A DNA stretch of 63,835 nucleotides, the filler included. It is 6 parts of 6 records of this genome, joined end to end, with 100 filler letters (N's around TTAATTAATTAA, not from the genome) between each part and the next. Parts side by side here need not be neighbours in the genome. Positions count along the whole stretch, not along the records: positions 1 to 26,907 come from DRR723986_5108; 5 more parts are not named here. One strand, given 5' to 3'. Below the pieces are notes generated by a model. It saw nothing but the letters and a program-made list of their open reading frames with translations. It was not told where the DNA came from and ran no database searches. Each line of letters begins with the position of its first letter. Within the stretch, counting starts at the first letter, position 1. Positions 11,792-21,762 of the stretch are shown one piece after another. A program made the position numbers and the translations under genes.

Positions 11792-13006
11792 GTGAACGAT
11801 ATGGCTAACAGCATCCGGACCGGTCCGGACGATCGCGGGCATTTCGGTATTTTTGGCGGCCGCTATGTTGCCGAAACGCTGATGCCGCTGATCCTGGACC
11901 TGGAACAGCACTACAAGGACGCCAAGAACGATCCGGCTTTCAAGGCCGAGATCGAGACGCTGAACAAGCACTACACCGGCCGTCCGTCGCCGCTTTATTT
12001 TGCCGAGCGTTTGACGAAGGAACTCGGCGGTGCCAAGGTCTATTTCAAGCGTGATGAGCTGAACCACACCGGATCGCACAAGATCAACAATTGCGTCGGT
12101 CAGATCCTGCTCGCCAAGCGCATGGGCAAGACCCGCATCATCGCGGAAACCGGCGCCGGTCAGCACGGTGTCGCGACAGCGACAGTCTGTGCCCGCTTCG
12201 GCCTGCCCTGCGTTGTCTACATGGGCAAGACCGACGTGGAACGGCAGAAGCCGAACGTCTTCCGCATGAAACTTCTGGGCGCGGAAATCGTGCCGGTGAC
12301 CGCCGGTGCCGGCACCTTGAAGGACGCCATGAACGAGGCGCTGCGTGACTGGGTGACCAACGTCGAGGACACCTACTACCTGATCGGTACCGCCGCGGGC
12401 CCGCATCCCTATCCGGAAATGGTGCGCGACTTCCAGTCGGTGATCGGCAAGGAACTGCGCGAACAGATGATGGAAGCCGAAGGCCGGCTGCCGGATGCGC
12501 TGGTTGCCGCCGTCGGTGGTGGTTCCAATGCCATTGGCCTGTTCCATCCGTTCCTGGACGACAAGGACGTCAAGATTTACGGCGTCGAAGCTGGTGGTCG
12601 CGGCCTGCAGGGGGAAGAACACTGCGCTTCGCTCACTGCAGGCAAGCCGGGCGTTCTGCACGGCAACCGCACCTACCTGCTGCAGGACGACGACGGCCAG
12701 ATCCTGGAAGGTCACTCGATTTCCGCCGGTCTCGATTATCCGGGCATTGGACCGGAGCATTCCTGGCTGAAGGAAATCGGCCGTGTGGACTATGTACCGG
12801 TAATGGACGACGAGGCTCTGGACGCTTTCCAGATGCTGACGCGCGTTGAAGGCATCATCCCGGCGCTGGAACCGGCCCACGCGCTGGCCCATGTCGTGAA
12901 ACTGGCCCCGCAGATGGACAAGGACCAGATCATCGTCATGAACCTGTGCGGCCGAGGCGACAAGGACGTCTTTGCCGTTGGCCAGATGCTGGGCTTCGAT
13001 CTCTGA
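11792..13006 (+). CDS. trpB: Tryptophan synthase beta chain
   Basis: [42 protein letters not shown] start with AAGGAG RBS. Confidence 0.98.
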   Translation: MNDMANSIRTGPDDRGHFGIFGGRYVAETLMPLILDLEQHYKDAKNDPAFKAEIETLNKHYTGRPSPLYFAERLTKELGGAKVYFKRDELNHTGSHKINNCVGQILLAKRMGKTRIIAETGAGQHGVATATVCARFGLPCVVYMGKTDVERQKPNVFRMKLLGAEIVPVTAGAGTLKDAMNEALRDWVTNVEDTYYLIGTAAGPHPYPEMVRDFQSVIGKELREQMMEAEGRLPDALVAAVGGGSNAIGLFHPFLDDKDVKIYGVEAGGRGLQGEEHCASLTAGKPGVLHGNRTYLLQDDDGQILEGHSISAGLDYPGIGPEHSWLKEIGRVDYVPVMDDEALDAFQMLTRVEGIIPALEPAHALAHVVKLAPQMDKDQIIVMNLCGRGDKDVFAVGQMLGFDL

Positions 13007-13031
13007 TAGCCCGCTTCGAACGGAACCCTGG

Positions 13032-13067
13032 AAAACCGCGTATCGAAAGGTGCGCGGTTTTTCTTTT
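13032..13067 (+). terminator. Intrinsic terminator after trpB
   Basis: AAAACCGCGTATC-GAAA-GGTGCGCGGTTTT followed by a T-tract. Confidence 0.8.
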
Positions 13068-13080
13068 GGCAGCTCCGGAG

Positions 13081-13174
13081 TGTCATCCCCTTCGCCAAGA
13101 GAAAGACCTGGTGCCTGCTGGTCATCAATGCGGGTTTTGGATAAGGCCGACGTTCCGCTTTGACCGCGATGACA
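13081..13174. repeat. Degenerate convergent pair of YGTC-tagged repeats
   Basis: Ends TGTCATC...GATGACA match the 5' tag of the repeat family. Internal stems are decayed. Confidence 0.45.
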
Positions 13175-13334
13175 ACGCGGCTTGCCACCGGCCCCTAACG
13201 CCGGTTAACCAGCCCCGCCAGTTTGGAAATGCTGCAATGCAAACTTGTGCGTTGTGAATCCGCCGGGAAAGACTAAATCAGCCGCGAATGAAACAGGGTC
13301 GGCGCTATTGCCGGCCGCTTGAGGAAACCCCGAA

Positions 13335-13505
13335 ATGGCTTTCGATCTTCTGACCGGCTTCGTCCGCGACTTTCGCGCTTCCCGCAAGGTTGCCGGCGAA
13401 ATCGCACGCATGAACCACCTGAACGACGCCCAGCTTGCCGATCTCGGCCTGGAACGCAGCGAAATCACCAGCCGCGCCTTCGCCCGTCATTTCAAACGGC
13501 GCTAA
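13335..13505 (+). CDS. DUF1127 (YjiS-like) small protein, 56 aa
   Basis: Manual translation: MAFDLLTGFVRDFRASRKVAGEIARMNHLNDAQLADLGLERSEITSRAFARHFKRR. Has the L.D..L.D.GL.R..I motif and a GAGGA RBS. Below the ORF-track cutoff. Confidence 0.85.
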   Translation: MAFDLLTGFVRDFRASRKVAGEIARMNHLNDAQLADLGLERSEITSRAFARHFKRR

Positions 13506-13517
13506 GGCTGCAGCCGG

Positions 13518-13769
13518 TCAGGCGCTGCGTTTGAAAGCAGCGCGCGGTGGCACGGCTATGGGTTTTGCCGTCAACATGGCTTCCAGCAACTGCTGGCGGC
13601 CCCGGGCGTCCAGACCGGTCGCCTGTTGTGCCAGCGCTGGGTCTGATTGCTCGGAAGAAACTTCGGCAACACCCTTGCGCTGGGCAAAACCCAGGTGAAA
13701 ATCCCTCATCCGGCGCCACAGCTTTTCAGTGAAAGGCTGAGGAGCGGGTTCGAACAGGGAATGGGCCAT
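13518..13769 (-). CDS. Small hypothetical protein (83 aa)
   Basis: ATG with AAGGAG RBS 6 nt upstream. Converges on the DUF1127 gene with a 12-nt gap. Confidence 0.6.
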   Translation of the reverse strand: MAHSLFEPAPQPFTEKLWRRMRDFHLGFAQRKGVAEVSSEQSDPALAQQATGLDARGRQQLLEAMLTAKPIAVPPRAAFKRSA

Positions 13770-13988
13770 TTTCAGCTCCTTATTTGTTTGGTGGCTCAGT
13801 GGTTTGTTTTACAATAGGTGCACGCAGTGCATTTTTCTAGGCGCAATTTGTGCACATTTCGCCTATCAGCCATGCATTTTTCGCGGGTCTGACCTGCGCT
13901 TCCAGAGCTTGCTGCACTGCAAAAAAGCCATAAGGTGCGGCCCGGTTGCGATTCCGGATCGCGGCATCAATCTTTTTTGGTTTTTGAG

Positions 13989-14171
13989 ATGAGCACCTTG
14001 CAGGCCCTCCATATCAGCGCGCCATCGGCAGCGCCCCTCGCCACCGTGTTTCGCGGTGCCGGAAACCCGTTCACGCGCTCCGGCCGGGCGAAGCCCATGG
14101 GCAGCGAACATGTCTACCGGGCGGATGCCGCCCTGCGCGCTATCGGCCTGATCGACTATCCAAGCCGCTGA
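13989..14171 (+). CDS. Small hypothetical protein (60 aa), possibly DUF1127-like
   Basis: MSTLQALHIS...HVYRADAALRAIGLIDYPSR. The C-terminal DAALRAIGL echoes the D..L.DIGL core. RBS is weak. Confidence 0.4.
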   Translation: MSTLQALHISAPSAAPLATVFRGAGNPFTRSGRAKPMGSEHVYRADAALRAIGLIDYPSR

Positions 14172-14221
14172 CCGGTCTGGGTTCGGAGCCTGTTTCAACG
14201 CTCCGAATCTGCATGAGACAA

Positions 14222-14250
14222 TTGACATTGCACGCACTGCCCCCGTACAT
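14222..14250 (+). promoter_or_regulatory. Putative sigma70 promoter of trpA-accD-folC
   Basis: TTGACA-N17-TACATC. Confidence 0.55.
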
Positions 14251-14307
14251 CGCTGAAACGGAAACGCCCCGGAGGGTCCCGGATGGCGCGAAAAAGGGTA
14301 GCAGTGA

Positions 14308-15141
14308 ATGACGGATACGCGTATCGACCGCCGTTTTAAAGCCTGTGCGGATGCCGGCCGGCCGGCCTTGGTCACCTTTATCACCGCAGGCGATCCGGAT
14401 CTGCAGACCTCGCAAGCCCTCCTGAACGCCCTTCCGGCAGCAGGTGCCGACGTTATCGAACTCGGCATGCCGTTTTCCGACCCGATGGCCGAAGGCATCC
14501 CGATTCAGCTTGGCAATCAGCGTGCGCTGGCTGCGGGGCACACCATGGACAAGACCCTGGACATGGTTCGTGAGTTTCGCAAGCAGGACCAGGATACGCC
14601 GATCATCCTGATGGGGTATTACAATCCGATCTACGTGCGGGACCCGAAGGTTTTCGTGCAAGTAGCCAAGGACGCTGGTGTCGACGGCTTCATCATTGTC
14701 GATATTCCGGCAGAAGCAGATGACGAACTCTGCATTCCGGCCCTGGAAGCAGGTCTCAATTTCATTCGCCTGGCAACACCCACCACTGACGACAAGCGTC
14801 TGCCTGCCGTTCTGGCCAACACCTCCGGTTTCGTTTATTACGTCTCCGTGACCGGCATCACCGGCGCTAATATCGCCGATACCGGTCGGGTGACCACCGC
14901 GGTCAAGCGGATCAAGGGCCACACGGACCTGCCGGTTGCCGTCGGTTTCGGCGTGAAGACCGCAGACCAGGCAGCGGAAATCGGCAAGGATGCCGACGGT
15001 GTCGTGGTCGGGTCGGTTCTGGTCAATGCCATCCGTGACAGCCTCGATGAGGCCGGCAAGGCGACTGACAAAACCGTTCAGACCGTCGTCGACCTGGTGT
15101 CCGACCTGGCCTCCGGATGCGCCCGGTCAAGAACAGCCTGA
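14308..15141 (+). CDS. trpA: Tryptophan synthase alpha chain
   Basis: [43 protein letters not shown]. Confidence 0.97.
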   Translation: MTDTRIDRRFKACADAGRPALVTFITAGDPDLQTSQALLNALPAAGADVIELGMPFSDPMAEGIPIQLGNQRALAAGHTMDKTLDMVREFRKQDQDTPIILMGYYNPIYVRDPKVFVQVAKDAGVDGFIIVDIPAEADDELCIPALEAGLNFIRLATPTTDDKRLPAVLANTSGFVYYVSVTGITGANIADTGRVTTAVKRIKGHTDLPVAVGFGVKTADQAAEIGKDADGVVVGSVLVNAIRDSLDEAGKATDKTVQTVVDLVSDLASGCARSRTA

Positions 15142-15233
15142 CTGGTCAGCCATCGGCTGGTCTGAATTGAAGGATTTCGGACGGACCCCATATCTCCGTC
15201 CAATGGTAACTCGAGTAGCGGGACGCGTTTGAC

Positions 15234-16190
15234 GTGAACTGGATCAATTCTATCGTACGCCCCAAGATCCGTGATCTTTGGAAAAAGCGCGAAGTTCCGG
15301 AAAACCTTTGGATCAAGTGTCCGGAAACCGGTGAAATGGTGTTTCACCGGGATCTGGAAGCCAATCTCTGGGTGATCCCGAATTCCGGTCATCACATGCG
15401 CATCCCGGCGCGCAAACGCGTTGAGGCTTTGTTTGACGGCGGCAAATACACCGAGGTCGATACCCCGGAAGTGCATGCCGATCCGCACAAGTTCCGCGAC
15501 AGCAAGCGCTACACCGACCGCCTGAAGGAAGCCCGCACCAAATCCGGCGAAGACGAAGCCGTGATCGTGGCCCAGGGCCAGGTCAACGGCATGCCGCTGA
15601 CCATTGCCGTGCAGAACTTCGATTTCATCGCCGGCTCGCTCGGCATGGCCGCGGGTGAAGCGATCCTTGCCGGCATGCTGAAAGCGGTCGAGGACAAGAC
15701 GCCTTTCGTCATGTTTGCCGCTTCCGGCGGTGCACGCATGCAGGAAGGCATTCTGTCGCTGATGCAGATGCCGCGCACCACGGTCGGTGTGCAGATGCTG
15801 CGCGAAGCGGGACTGCCCTATATCGTCGTACTGACCAACCCGACCACGGGCGGCGTCTCGGCCTCCTACGCCATGCTTGGCGACGTGCACATTGCCGAAC
15901 CGGGTGCCCAGATCGGCTTCGCAGGCCGCCGCGTGATCGAACAGACCGTGCGCGAAAAGTTGCCGGACGATTTCCAGACTGCCGAATATCTTCTCGACCA
16001 TGGCATGATCGACATGGTGGTGCCGCGCCAGAAGATGAAGGAAACACTGGCACGCATCTGCGGTATCCTGATGAAGCGGGAAGTCGAACTGCCGAAGCTT
16101 GAAGCGCCGAAGGAGCCGGCACCGGAAGCCGAAGCCAAGCCTGCCGAAACGGCTGCGGAGCCTGCCAAGGGCGCGGAAGCTGCCAGCTAG
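15234..16190 (+). CDS. accD: Acetyl-CoA carboxylase carboxyltransferase beta subunit
   Basis: [39 protein letters not shown]. Confidence 0.97.
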   Translation: MNWINSIVRPKIRDLWKKREVPENLWIKCPETGEMVFHRDLEANLWVIPNSGHHMRIPARKRVEALFDGGKYTEVDTPEVHADPHKFRDSKRYTDRLKEARTKSGEDEAVIVAQGQVNGMPLTIAVQNFDFIAGSLGMAAGEAILAGMLKAVEDKTPFVMFAASGGARMQEGILSLMQMPRTTVGVQMLREAGLPYIVVLTNPTTGGVSASYAMLGDVHIAEPGAQIGFAGRRVIEQTVREKLPDDFQTAEYLLDHGMIDMVVPRQKMKETLARICGILMKREVELPKLEAPKEPAPEAEAKPAETAAEPAKGAEAAS

Positions 16191-16327
16191 GTGGCTTCGT
16201 TACACGAATACGTCGCGAAAGCGGCCTGACACGACATTTCCGGGCTGTCCGCTTGTCTCGCGGGCGGCCTTCCCGTAAAGGCGTTAGTCAAACGCAACCG
16301 GGAAAAAGGGACCCTGCGGAGGGCGCC

Positions 16328-17644
16328 TTGGATCAAATCACGAAAATTCTGGACCGTTTGCTGGCGCTGCATCCGAAGGAGATAGATCTCTCGCTCGGTC
16401 GCATGTACCGCTTGCTGGAAGCGCTCGGGCATCCCGAACAGCGCCTGCCGCCAGTGATTCACGTCGCCGGTACCAACGGCAAGGGCTCGGTTACCGCCAC
16501 AATGCGGGCGATCCTGGAAGCTTCCGGAAAACGCTGCCACGTCTACACCTCGCCGCACCTGGTTTCCTTCAACGAGCGCATTCGGCTCGGCTCGGATGGC
16601 AAATTCGTCTCCGATCCGGTCCTCTATGAGGCCCTGCACCGCTGCGAAGAAGCCAATGGCGGTGAGGAAATCACCTTTTTCGAGATCACCACCGCTGCTG
16701 CCTTGCTCCTGTTCGCAGAAAATCCCGCAGATGTGCTGCTGCTTGAAGTCGGTCTCGGAGGCCGTCTTGACGCGACCAACGTGATCGACCGGCCGCTTGC
16801 CACGGTGATTACCCAGGTTTCGATGGACCACGAGAAGTTTCTGGGCGACGACCTGTCGGTGATCGCTGCCGAAAAGGCCGGAATCATAAAGCCGGGCGTG
16901 CCGGTCATCTGTGCTGCGCAGGAAGACAGCGCCATGGCAACGATTGCGCGTCAGGCAGCGCGCAACAAGGCGCCGATCGAAGTGTTCGGGCAGGATTTCG
17001 CAGCGCAGGAAGACCAGGGCCGCATGGCGTTTCAGGACGAGGACGAGTTGATCGACCTGCCTGTGCCCGTGCTTGGTGGCCGTCACCAGTTCTCCAATGC
17101 GGCTGTCGCCATTGCGGCATTGAAGGCGGCGGGCATGTTGCCGGATGGCGATACGATTGCCCACGGCCTGAAAACGGTCAACTGGCCCGGACGGCTGCAG
17201 CCGATCACCAGCGGACCGTTGCATGACCTGTGTCCGGAAGGGTCGGAAGTCTGGGTCGATGGTGGCCACAATCCCGGCGCGGGCATTTCGATCGCCCAGT
17301 TCATGGGCGAACAGGAAGAGCGCTCACCCCGGCCGCTCTACCTCGTGTCCGGCATGCTGACGACAAAGGATCCCGTCGGATTCTTCCGTCCGTTCCACGG
17401 ACTGGCACGCCATGTCGGCACGGTGCCGATCACCACGACACCCACCGCAAGGGAGCCGGAAGACCTGGCCGATCTTGCCCGCTGTGCGGGACTTGAAGCG
17501 ACGCCGTTTCAATCACTGGACGCAGCGCTGGCAGATGTGGCAGCTTGTGCGGCAAAAGATGGCGAGCCGCCCCGGATTCTGATTTGCGGGTCGCTCTATC
17601 TGGCTGGTGAAGTTCTGGCGCGCAGCGGTCTGGCGCCGGTCTGA
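16328..17644 (+). CDS. folC: Folylpolyglutamate synthase / dihydrofolate synthase
   Basis: HVAGTNGKGS, YTSPHL, EVGLGGRLDATN, DGGHNP, CGSLYLAG. TTG start inferred. Confidence 0.95.
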   Translation: MDQITKILDRLLALHPKEIDLSLGRMYRLLEALGHPEQRLPPVIHVAGTNGKGSVTATMRAILEASGKRCHVYTSPHLVSFNERIRLGSDGKFVSDPVLYEALHRCEEANGGEEITFFEITTAAALLLFAENPADVLLLEVGLGGRLDATNVIDRPLATVITQVSMDHEKFLGDDLSVIAAEKAGIIKPGVPVICAAQEDSAMATIARQAARNKAPIEVFGQDFAAQEDQGRMAFQDEDELIDLPVPVLGGRHQFSNAAVAIAALKAAGMLPDGDTIAHGLKTVNWPGRLQPITSGPLHDLCPEGSEVWVDGGHNPGAGISIAQFMGEQEERSPRPLYLVSGMLTTKDPVGFFRPFHGLARHVGTVPITTTPTAREPEDLADLARCAGLEATPFQSLDAALADVAACAAKDGEPPRILICGSLYLAGEVLARSGLAPV

Positions 17645-17677
17645 GGCGTCACCGGCCTCTGCCCGAGGAGGCCCTGA

Positions 17678-18940
17678 ATGTTCGGTTTTGAAACCTGTCG
17701 CCCAAAGCTCGCAGGCGCTTTCCTGGGCGCTCTGCTCTTGAGCGTGCCTGCAAACGCACTCACCGAACAATATGAAACGCCACCGGAGCAGGATCCGGCC
17801 ACACTTCTTGACGGCAAGGAACTCGGTCCCGGCTATGCGGTACTCTCGCCGGTGCGCGGCGACGGTTTCCTGCGGATTTATCAGGTTCAGACCGATCTCG
17901 GCGTCGAGCAGATCGAAGGCGACGGCATGCTCAAGCTGCGCCTGCACGAAATCCAGGTACTGATTGCCCTCGACAGTCTGAAAAACGACGCCAGTTTCGT
18001 CGACGGCCTCAAGCAGGCGGCCATGAAGCCGGTCGAGTTTGTCGAAAGCACGGTGACCGATCCTGTGGGAACCGCAAAGAACACCGTTTCGGGTGTCGGC
18101 CGCATGTTCGGCCGCCTCACCAAGGGCGTCGAGGCCGCAGTCAGCGGCAAGGGCGGCTCTCCGGCGGAACTTGCCAAGTCGATCACCGGCCAGGCCAAGG
18201 CCCGGCGCGAACTTGCGGTCGATGTGGGTGTCGATCCCTATACGTTCTACCGGCCGCTATCGGAAAAGCTCGACGAAACCGCCAGCGTGACCACGGCAGG
18301 CAACTGGACGGTAAGCGCAATTACCAGCCTCCTGCCCGGTGGTATCATCGTCAATGCCGCGCGGCAGGCAGACAATTTCCGCAATCTCATCGTCGACAGC
18401 ACGCCGACCGAGCTGCAGGAACGCACCTCCAGCGTTCTTCGCGCCGTGGGCGTGCCGGAGGTGACGAACGCCAAGCTCATGGGCAATCCGTTCTACACGG
18501 CTTCGGAAAAGGCCGCGATCGCCTATCAGATGCAGGCAATGCCCGGTGTGAAGGACCTTTACCTGATTGCCGAAAAGGCGGCTGATGCCGACAGCCGGGA
18601 TCTTGCCTATTTCCAGCTTCGTCGTGTCGTTCTCATGGAAACCTACAACAGCACGGTTTCGCCGCTGGGGGATATCAAGCTGGTGTCCGGCATTCCCGTC
18701 GCCCTGCGCCGTGACGGCATCGCCGCCATCGTCATGCCTTTCGATCATGTGGCCTGGACCCAGACCGTGGCGCAGACCTTCTCCGCCATGCACGAAGGCC
18801 TCGGCACCTTGCCCTTCCCGCCAACGGGCGTGGACTTCCTGATCACCGGCGACGTCACGCCCATGGCCGCCGAACGCATCGCCGCATTCGGCTGGGAAAT
18901 CACGGGCAACTATCCGATGCCGAAGGGGCCGGTGTTTTAG
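17678..18940 (+). CDS. Hypothetical exported protein (420 aa)
   Basis: Signal-peptide-like N-terminus (..LLLSVPANA|L), GAGGAGG RBS, host-like codon usage. Confidence 0.8.
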   Translation: MFGFETCRPKLAGAFLGALLLSVPANALTEQYETPPEQDPATLLDGKELGPGYAVLSPVRGDGFLRIYQVQTDLGVEQIEGDGMLKLRLHEIQVLIALDSLKNDASFVDGLKQAAMKPVEFVESTVTDPVGTAKNTVSGVGRMFGRLTKGVEAAVSGKGGSPAELAKSITGQAKARRELAVDVGVDPYTFYRPLSEKLDETASVTTAGNWTVSAITSLLPGGIIVNAARQADNFRNLIVDSTPTELQERTSSVLRAVGVPEVTNAKLMGNPFYTASEKAAIAYQMQAMPGVKDLYLIAEKAADADSRDLAYFQLRRVVLMETYNSTVSPLGDIKLVSGIPVALRRDGIAAIVMPFDHVAWTQTVAQTFSAMHEGLGTLPFPPTGVDFLITGDVTPMAAERIAAFGWEITGNYPMPKGPVF

Positions 18941-18950
18941 GGCATCCGGC

Positions 18951-19115
18951 TGTCATTCCGGACAAGTGAGGCAAGCCGAACGCAGATCCGGAATCCAGAT
19001 GCTTTTCGCGCCTAAGGCGCGGCCGCTTCTTCTTTCAAGCGGGTTTCGCTTCGCTCATGCTGATGTCTGGATTCCGGATCTGCGCGCATCGATGCTGCGC
19101 TTGTCCGGAATGACG
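18951..19115. repeat. Inverted doublet of YGTC-tagged palindromic repeats (REPIN/MITE-like, 165 bp)
   Basis: Left TGTC-ATTCCGGA-CAAG..GCAGA-TCCGGAAT-CCAGA (18951-18999). Right, on the minus strand, CGTC-ATTCCGGA-CAAG..GCAGA-TCCGGAAT-CCAGA (19066-19115). Confidence 0.9.
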
Positions 19116-19138
19116 GACAGTGGGTTCATTTTGCCCCC

Positions 19139-20056
19139 TCAAACACACTCCAGAACCGGCCCGGACAAGCCGCTTTCCCAGCCGAGGATGGCGCGTTTGC
19201 GGGTGAGGCCCCAGTGGTAGCCGCCGAGTTTGCCGCCTTTGGCGAGCACCCTGTGGCAGGGGACGACGAAGGAGAGCGGGTTGCGGCCGACTGCGGTGCC
19301 GACAGCGCGGGATGCCTTCGGGTTGCCGAGGCAGGCGGCGATGTCGGAATAGGTGGTAGCCTTGCCCATCGGGATCTTCAGCAGCGTTTGCCAGACCCTG
19401 ATTTCAAAATCGGTACCAATCATAACGATGTTGAGCGGTTGATCCTCTTGCCACTTTTTCGGATCGAAGACGCGCCGGGCAAATTGCGCCGTCGCATCCT
19501 GATCCTGGACGAAAACGGCTGCGGGCCAGCGCTCGCACATGTCTTCCAGGGCAGAGGTTTCCTCGCCCGGATCGGCAAATCCCAGACCGGCCAAACCCTT
19601 GTCGGTGGCCATCACCAGAACCTGGCCGAAAGGGGAAGGATGAAAGCCGTAGGCAATTGAAAGACCCGCGCCACGATTGCGGTAATCACCAGGCGTCATG
19701 GCTTCATGGGTGACGAAAAGGTCGTGCAGCCGGCCGGATCCGGACAGGCCCACTTCGTAGGTTGCGTCGAGAACACTGGCGGACTCGCGCAGCAGCGCCT
19801 TGGCGTGATCCAGCGTGATTGCCTGCAGGAACTGCTTCGGCGTCAGTCCGGCCCAGCGCGAAAACACACGTTGCAGCTGGATGGGCTGAAGACCGGCTTC
19901 CCTGGCCAGCTGGTCCAGCGTGGGCTGCTCGCGCCAGTCTTCGGTGATCCGCTTCAAGGTGCGGCGAACGACGTCGTAGTGCTGCGCAGCCTCCTCGCCG
20001 ATGGAGATCGGGGTCGGTTCGGAGGTCAGGCTGGTAAGGTCGAGCGCTTTGGTCAT
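19139..20056 (-). CDS. ada: Bifunctional AraC-HTH / methylated-DNA-protein-cysteine methyltransferase
   Basis: AraC HTH (LQRVFSRWAGLTPKQF) plus ASRAVGTAVGRNP..VPCHRV..LGGYHWG. Confidence 0.9.
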   Translation of the reverse strand: MTKALDLTSLTSEPTPISIGEEAAQHYDVVRRTLKRITEDWREQPTLDQLAREAGLQPIQLQRVFSRWAGLTPKQFLQAITLDHAKALLRESASVLDATYEVGLSGSGRLHDLFVTHEAMTPGDYRNRGAGLSIAYGFHPSPFGQVLVMATDKGLAGLGFADPGEETSALEDMCERWPAAVFVQDQDATAQFARRVFDPKKWQEDQPLNIVMIGTDFEIRVWQTLLKIPMGKATTYSDIAACLGNPKASRAVGTAVGRNPLSFVVPCHRVLAKGGKLGGYHWGLTRKRAILGWESGLSGPVLECV

Positions 20057-20217
20057 GGCGGTTTCTTCATGCTGAACTTGAAGTCTGCTCCGATCTTAGT
20101 CGGCGAACAACAGGGGATCGACCCGATTTGCGATCCGTCTCATGATCCTTGGCGCTTTGGTACCAGTTTCCGCTTCACTCGGCCGGAATGACTGAACAGA
20201 AACCGGGACTGGCGTTC

Positions 20218-20679
20218 CTACCCCAGAACATCCTTGAACTCGCTGGCCGAAACCGCCGGTCCCTTGCGGGTGGTCAGAAGCAGGCTCGTCTCCGTGCCGG
20301 TAATACCCTCGATCAGGCGAATGCGATTGAGTGCATCGTCAAAGGCAGCAAGATCGCGTGTGGCGACGTCCAGTACCAGATCCCACTTGCCGTTTGTGGA
20401 ATGGATCGCGCGAACCTCCGTCATGGCGCTGAGCGAGCGGATCACCGGTTCGGTGTTGTGGCCGTCTACGACCACCAGCGTCACAGCGCGGATCGGAAGA
20501 TCGCGCCAGTCGTCGCGCAGGACGGCGGTAAATCCCAGGATTTCTCCCGTGTCGACCAGCTTCTCCATGCGAGAGCGCACGGTGGCGCGCGAGACCTTCA
20601 GATCACCTGCCAATTCGGACACTGACCTTCGCCCGTCATGGCGCAGAAGCGAGATCAATCGAAGATCCAGATCGTCCAT
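20218..20679 (-). CDS. Lrp/AsnC transcriptional regulator
   Basis: MDDLDLRLISLLRHDGRRSVSELA..VSRATVRSR. Divergent from arginase. Confidence 0.9.
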   Translation of the reverse strand: MDDLDLRLISLLRHDGRRSVSELAGDLKVSRATVRSRMEKLVDTGEILGFTAVLRDDWRDLPIRAVTLVVVDGHNTEPVIRSLSAMTEVRAIHSTNGKWDLVLDVATRDLAAFDDALNRIRLIEGITGTETSLLLTTRKGPAVSASEFKDVLG

Positions 20680-20702
20680 TTTTCCATTCCGATAAATTGA
20701 GC

Positions 20703-20717
20703 TTATCAAAATGATAA
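20703..20717. promoter_or_regulatory. Palindromic operator candidate between lrp and arginase
   Basis: TTATCA-AAA-TGATAA perfect inverted repeat in an AT-rich intergenic region. Confidence 0.5.
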
Positions 20718-20809
20718 ATCTGGCTGCTCTTTTGATCAAGTGTCCGGATTTACTCCGCCGCGGCGTTTCAGCACACTTTTGACAGTTGAATTTTGGGGCG
20801 GAGCAGGAC

Positions 20810-21751
20810 GTGAACGTCGTTGAGAAACAGATTGTGCTGGTTGGAGCGCCGGTGGATGAAGGCGCCGGTCAGCGCGGCTGCCTCATGGGTCCGGATGCCT
20901 ATCGAACCGCCGGCCTGCAGGAGACGCTACAGGAACTCGGCCATTCGGTCGTCGACCACGGAAATCTGAGCCCGGCGGAGGTTGGCAGCCTCACCCCTCC
21001 CAACAGGATACTGCGGAATTACCGCGCCTATGTTGCCTGGACCCGGGCGCTCCACCAGAAGGCGGCGGAACTTGGCGAAGGCCCCGGTTTTCCGATCTAT
21101 CTTGGCGGCGATCACGCCATGGCGGCGGGCACCGTTTCGGGCCAGGCAAGGGCGGCAGCCGCACTCGGACGTCCGCTGTTCGTGCTTTGGCTCGATGCGC
21201 ATTCGGATTTTCACACGCTGGACAGCACCGCCAGCGGCAACCTTCACGGTACGCCGCTCGCGTTTCTGTGCGGCTTGCCCGGATTTGACGATCTGCTCGG
21301 CAGCCCGCTGGAACACACCCTGAAGCCGCAGAATGTTGAGATCCTCGGCGTTCGCTCGATCGATGATGCCGAGCGCAACCTGCTGGTCAGCCACGGCGTC
21401 GGTGTCAGCGACATGCGCCGGATCGACGAGGAAGGCATCGGCACTCTTCTGAAGCCGTTTCTGGAGCGCGTAAAGGTCGAAAACGGCCTTCTGCATGTCA
21501 GCCTGGATGTCGATTTTCTGGATCCGTCAATCGCCCCGGCCGTCGGCACCACCGTTCCGGGCGGCGCGACCTTCCGCGAAGCCCATCTGGTGATGGAGAT
21601 GCTGCATGACAGTGGTCTCGTCACCTCTCTCGACCTGGTCGAGCTCAATCCCTTCCTGGACGAACGCGGAAAAACCGCGCGTCTGATGGTCGAACTGACC
21701 GGCAGCCTGTTTGGTCGCCGGGTCTTCGACCGGCCGACAAGAAGCTTCTAG
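20810..21751 (+). CDS. rocF: Arginase
   Basis: GGDH, DAHSD, SGNLHGTP, SLDVDFLDP, ELNP. GTG start with GGAG RBS. Confidence 0.95.
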   Translation: MNVVEKQIVLVGAPVDEGAGQRGCLMGPDAYRTAGLQETLQELGHSVVDHGNLSPAEVGSLTPPNRILRNYRAYVAWTRALHQKAAELGEGPGFPIYLGGDHAMAAGTVSGQARAAAALGRPLFVLWLDAHSDFHTLDSTASGNLHGTPLAFLCGLPGFDDLLGSPLEHTLKPQNVEILGVRSIDDAERNLLVSHGVGVSDMRRIDEEGIGTLLKPFLERVKVENGLLHVSLDVDFLDPSIAPAVGTTVPGGATFREAHLVMEMLHDSGLVTSLDLVELNPFLDERGKTARLMVELTGSLFGRRVFDRPTRSF

Positions 21752-21762
21752 AGGACCGAACA

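Noticed and set aside
13190-13334. trp attenuator or leader peptide between trpB and trpA
   Set aside because: No short Trp-codon-rich leader found; the region is better explained as the DUF1127 promoter.
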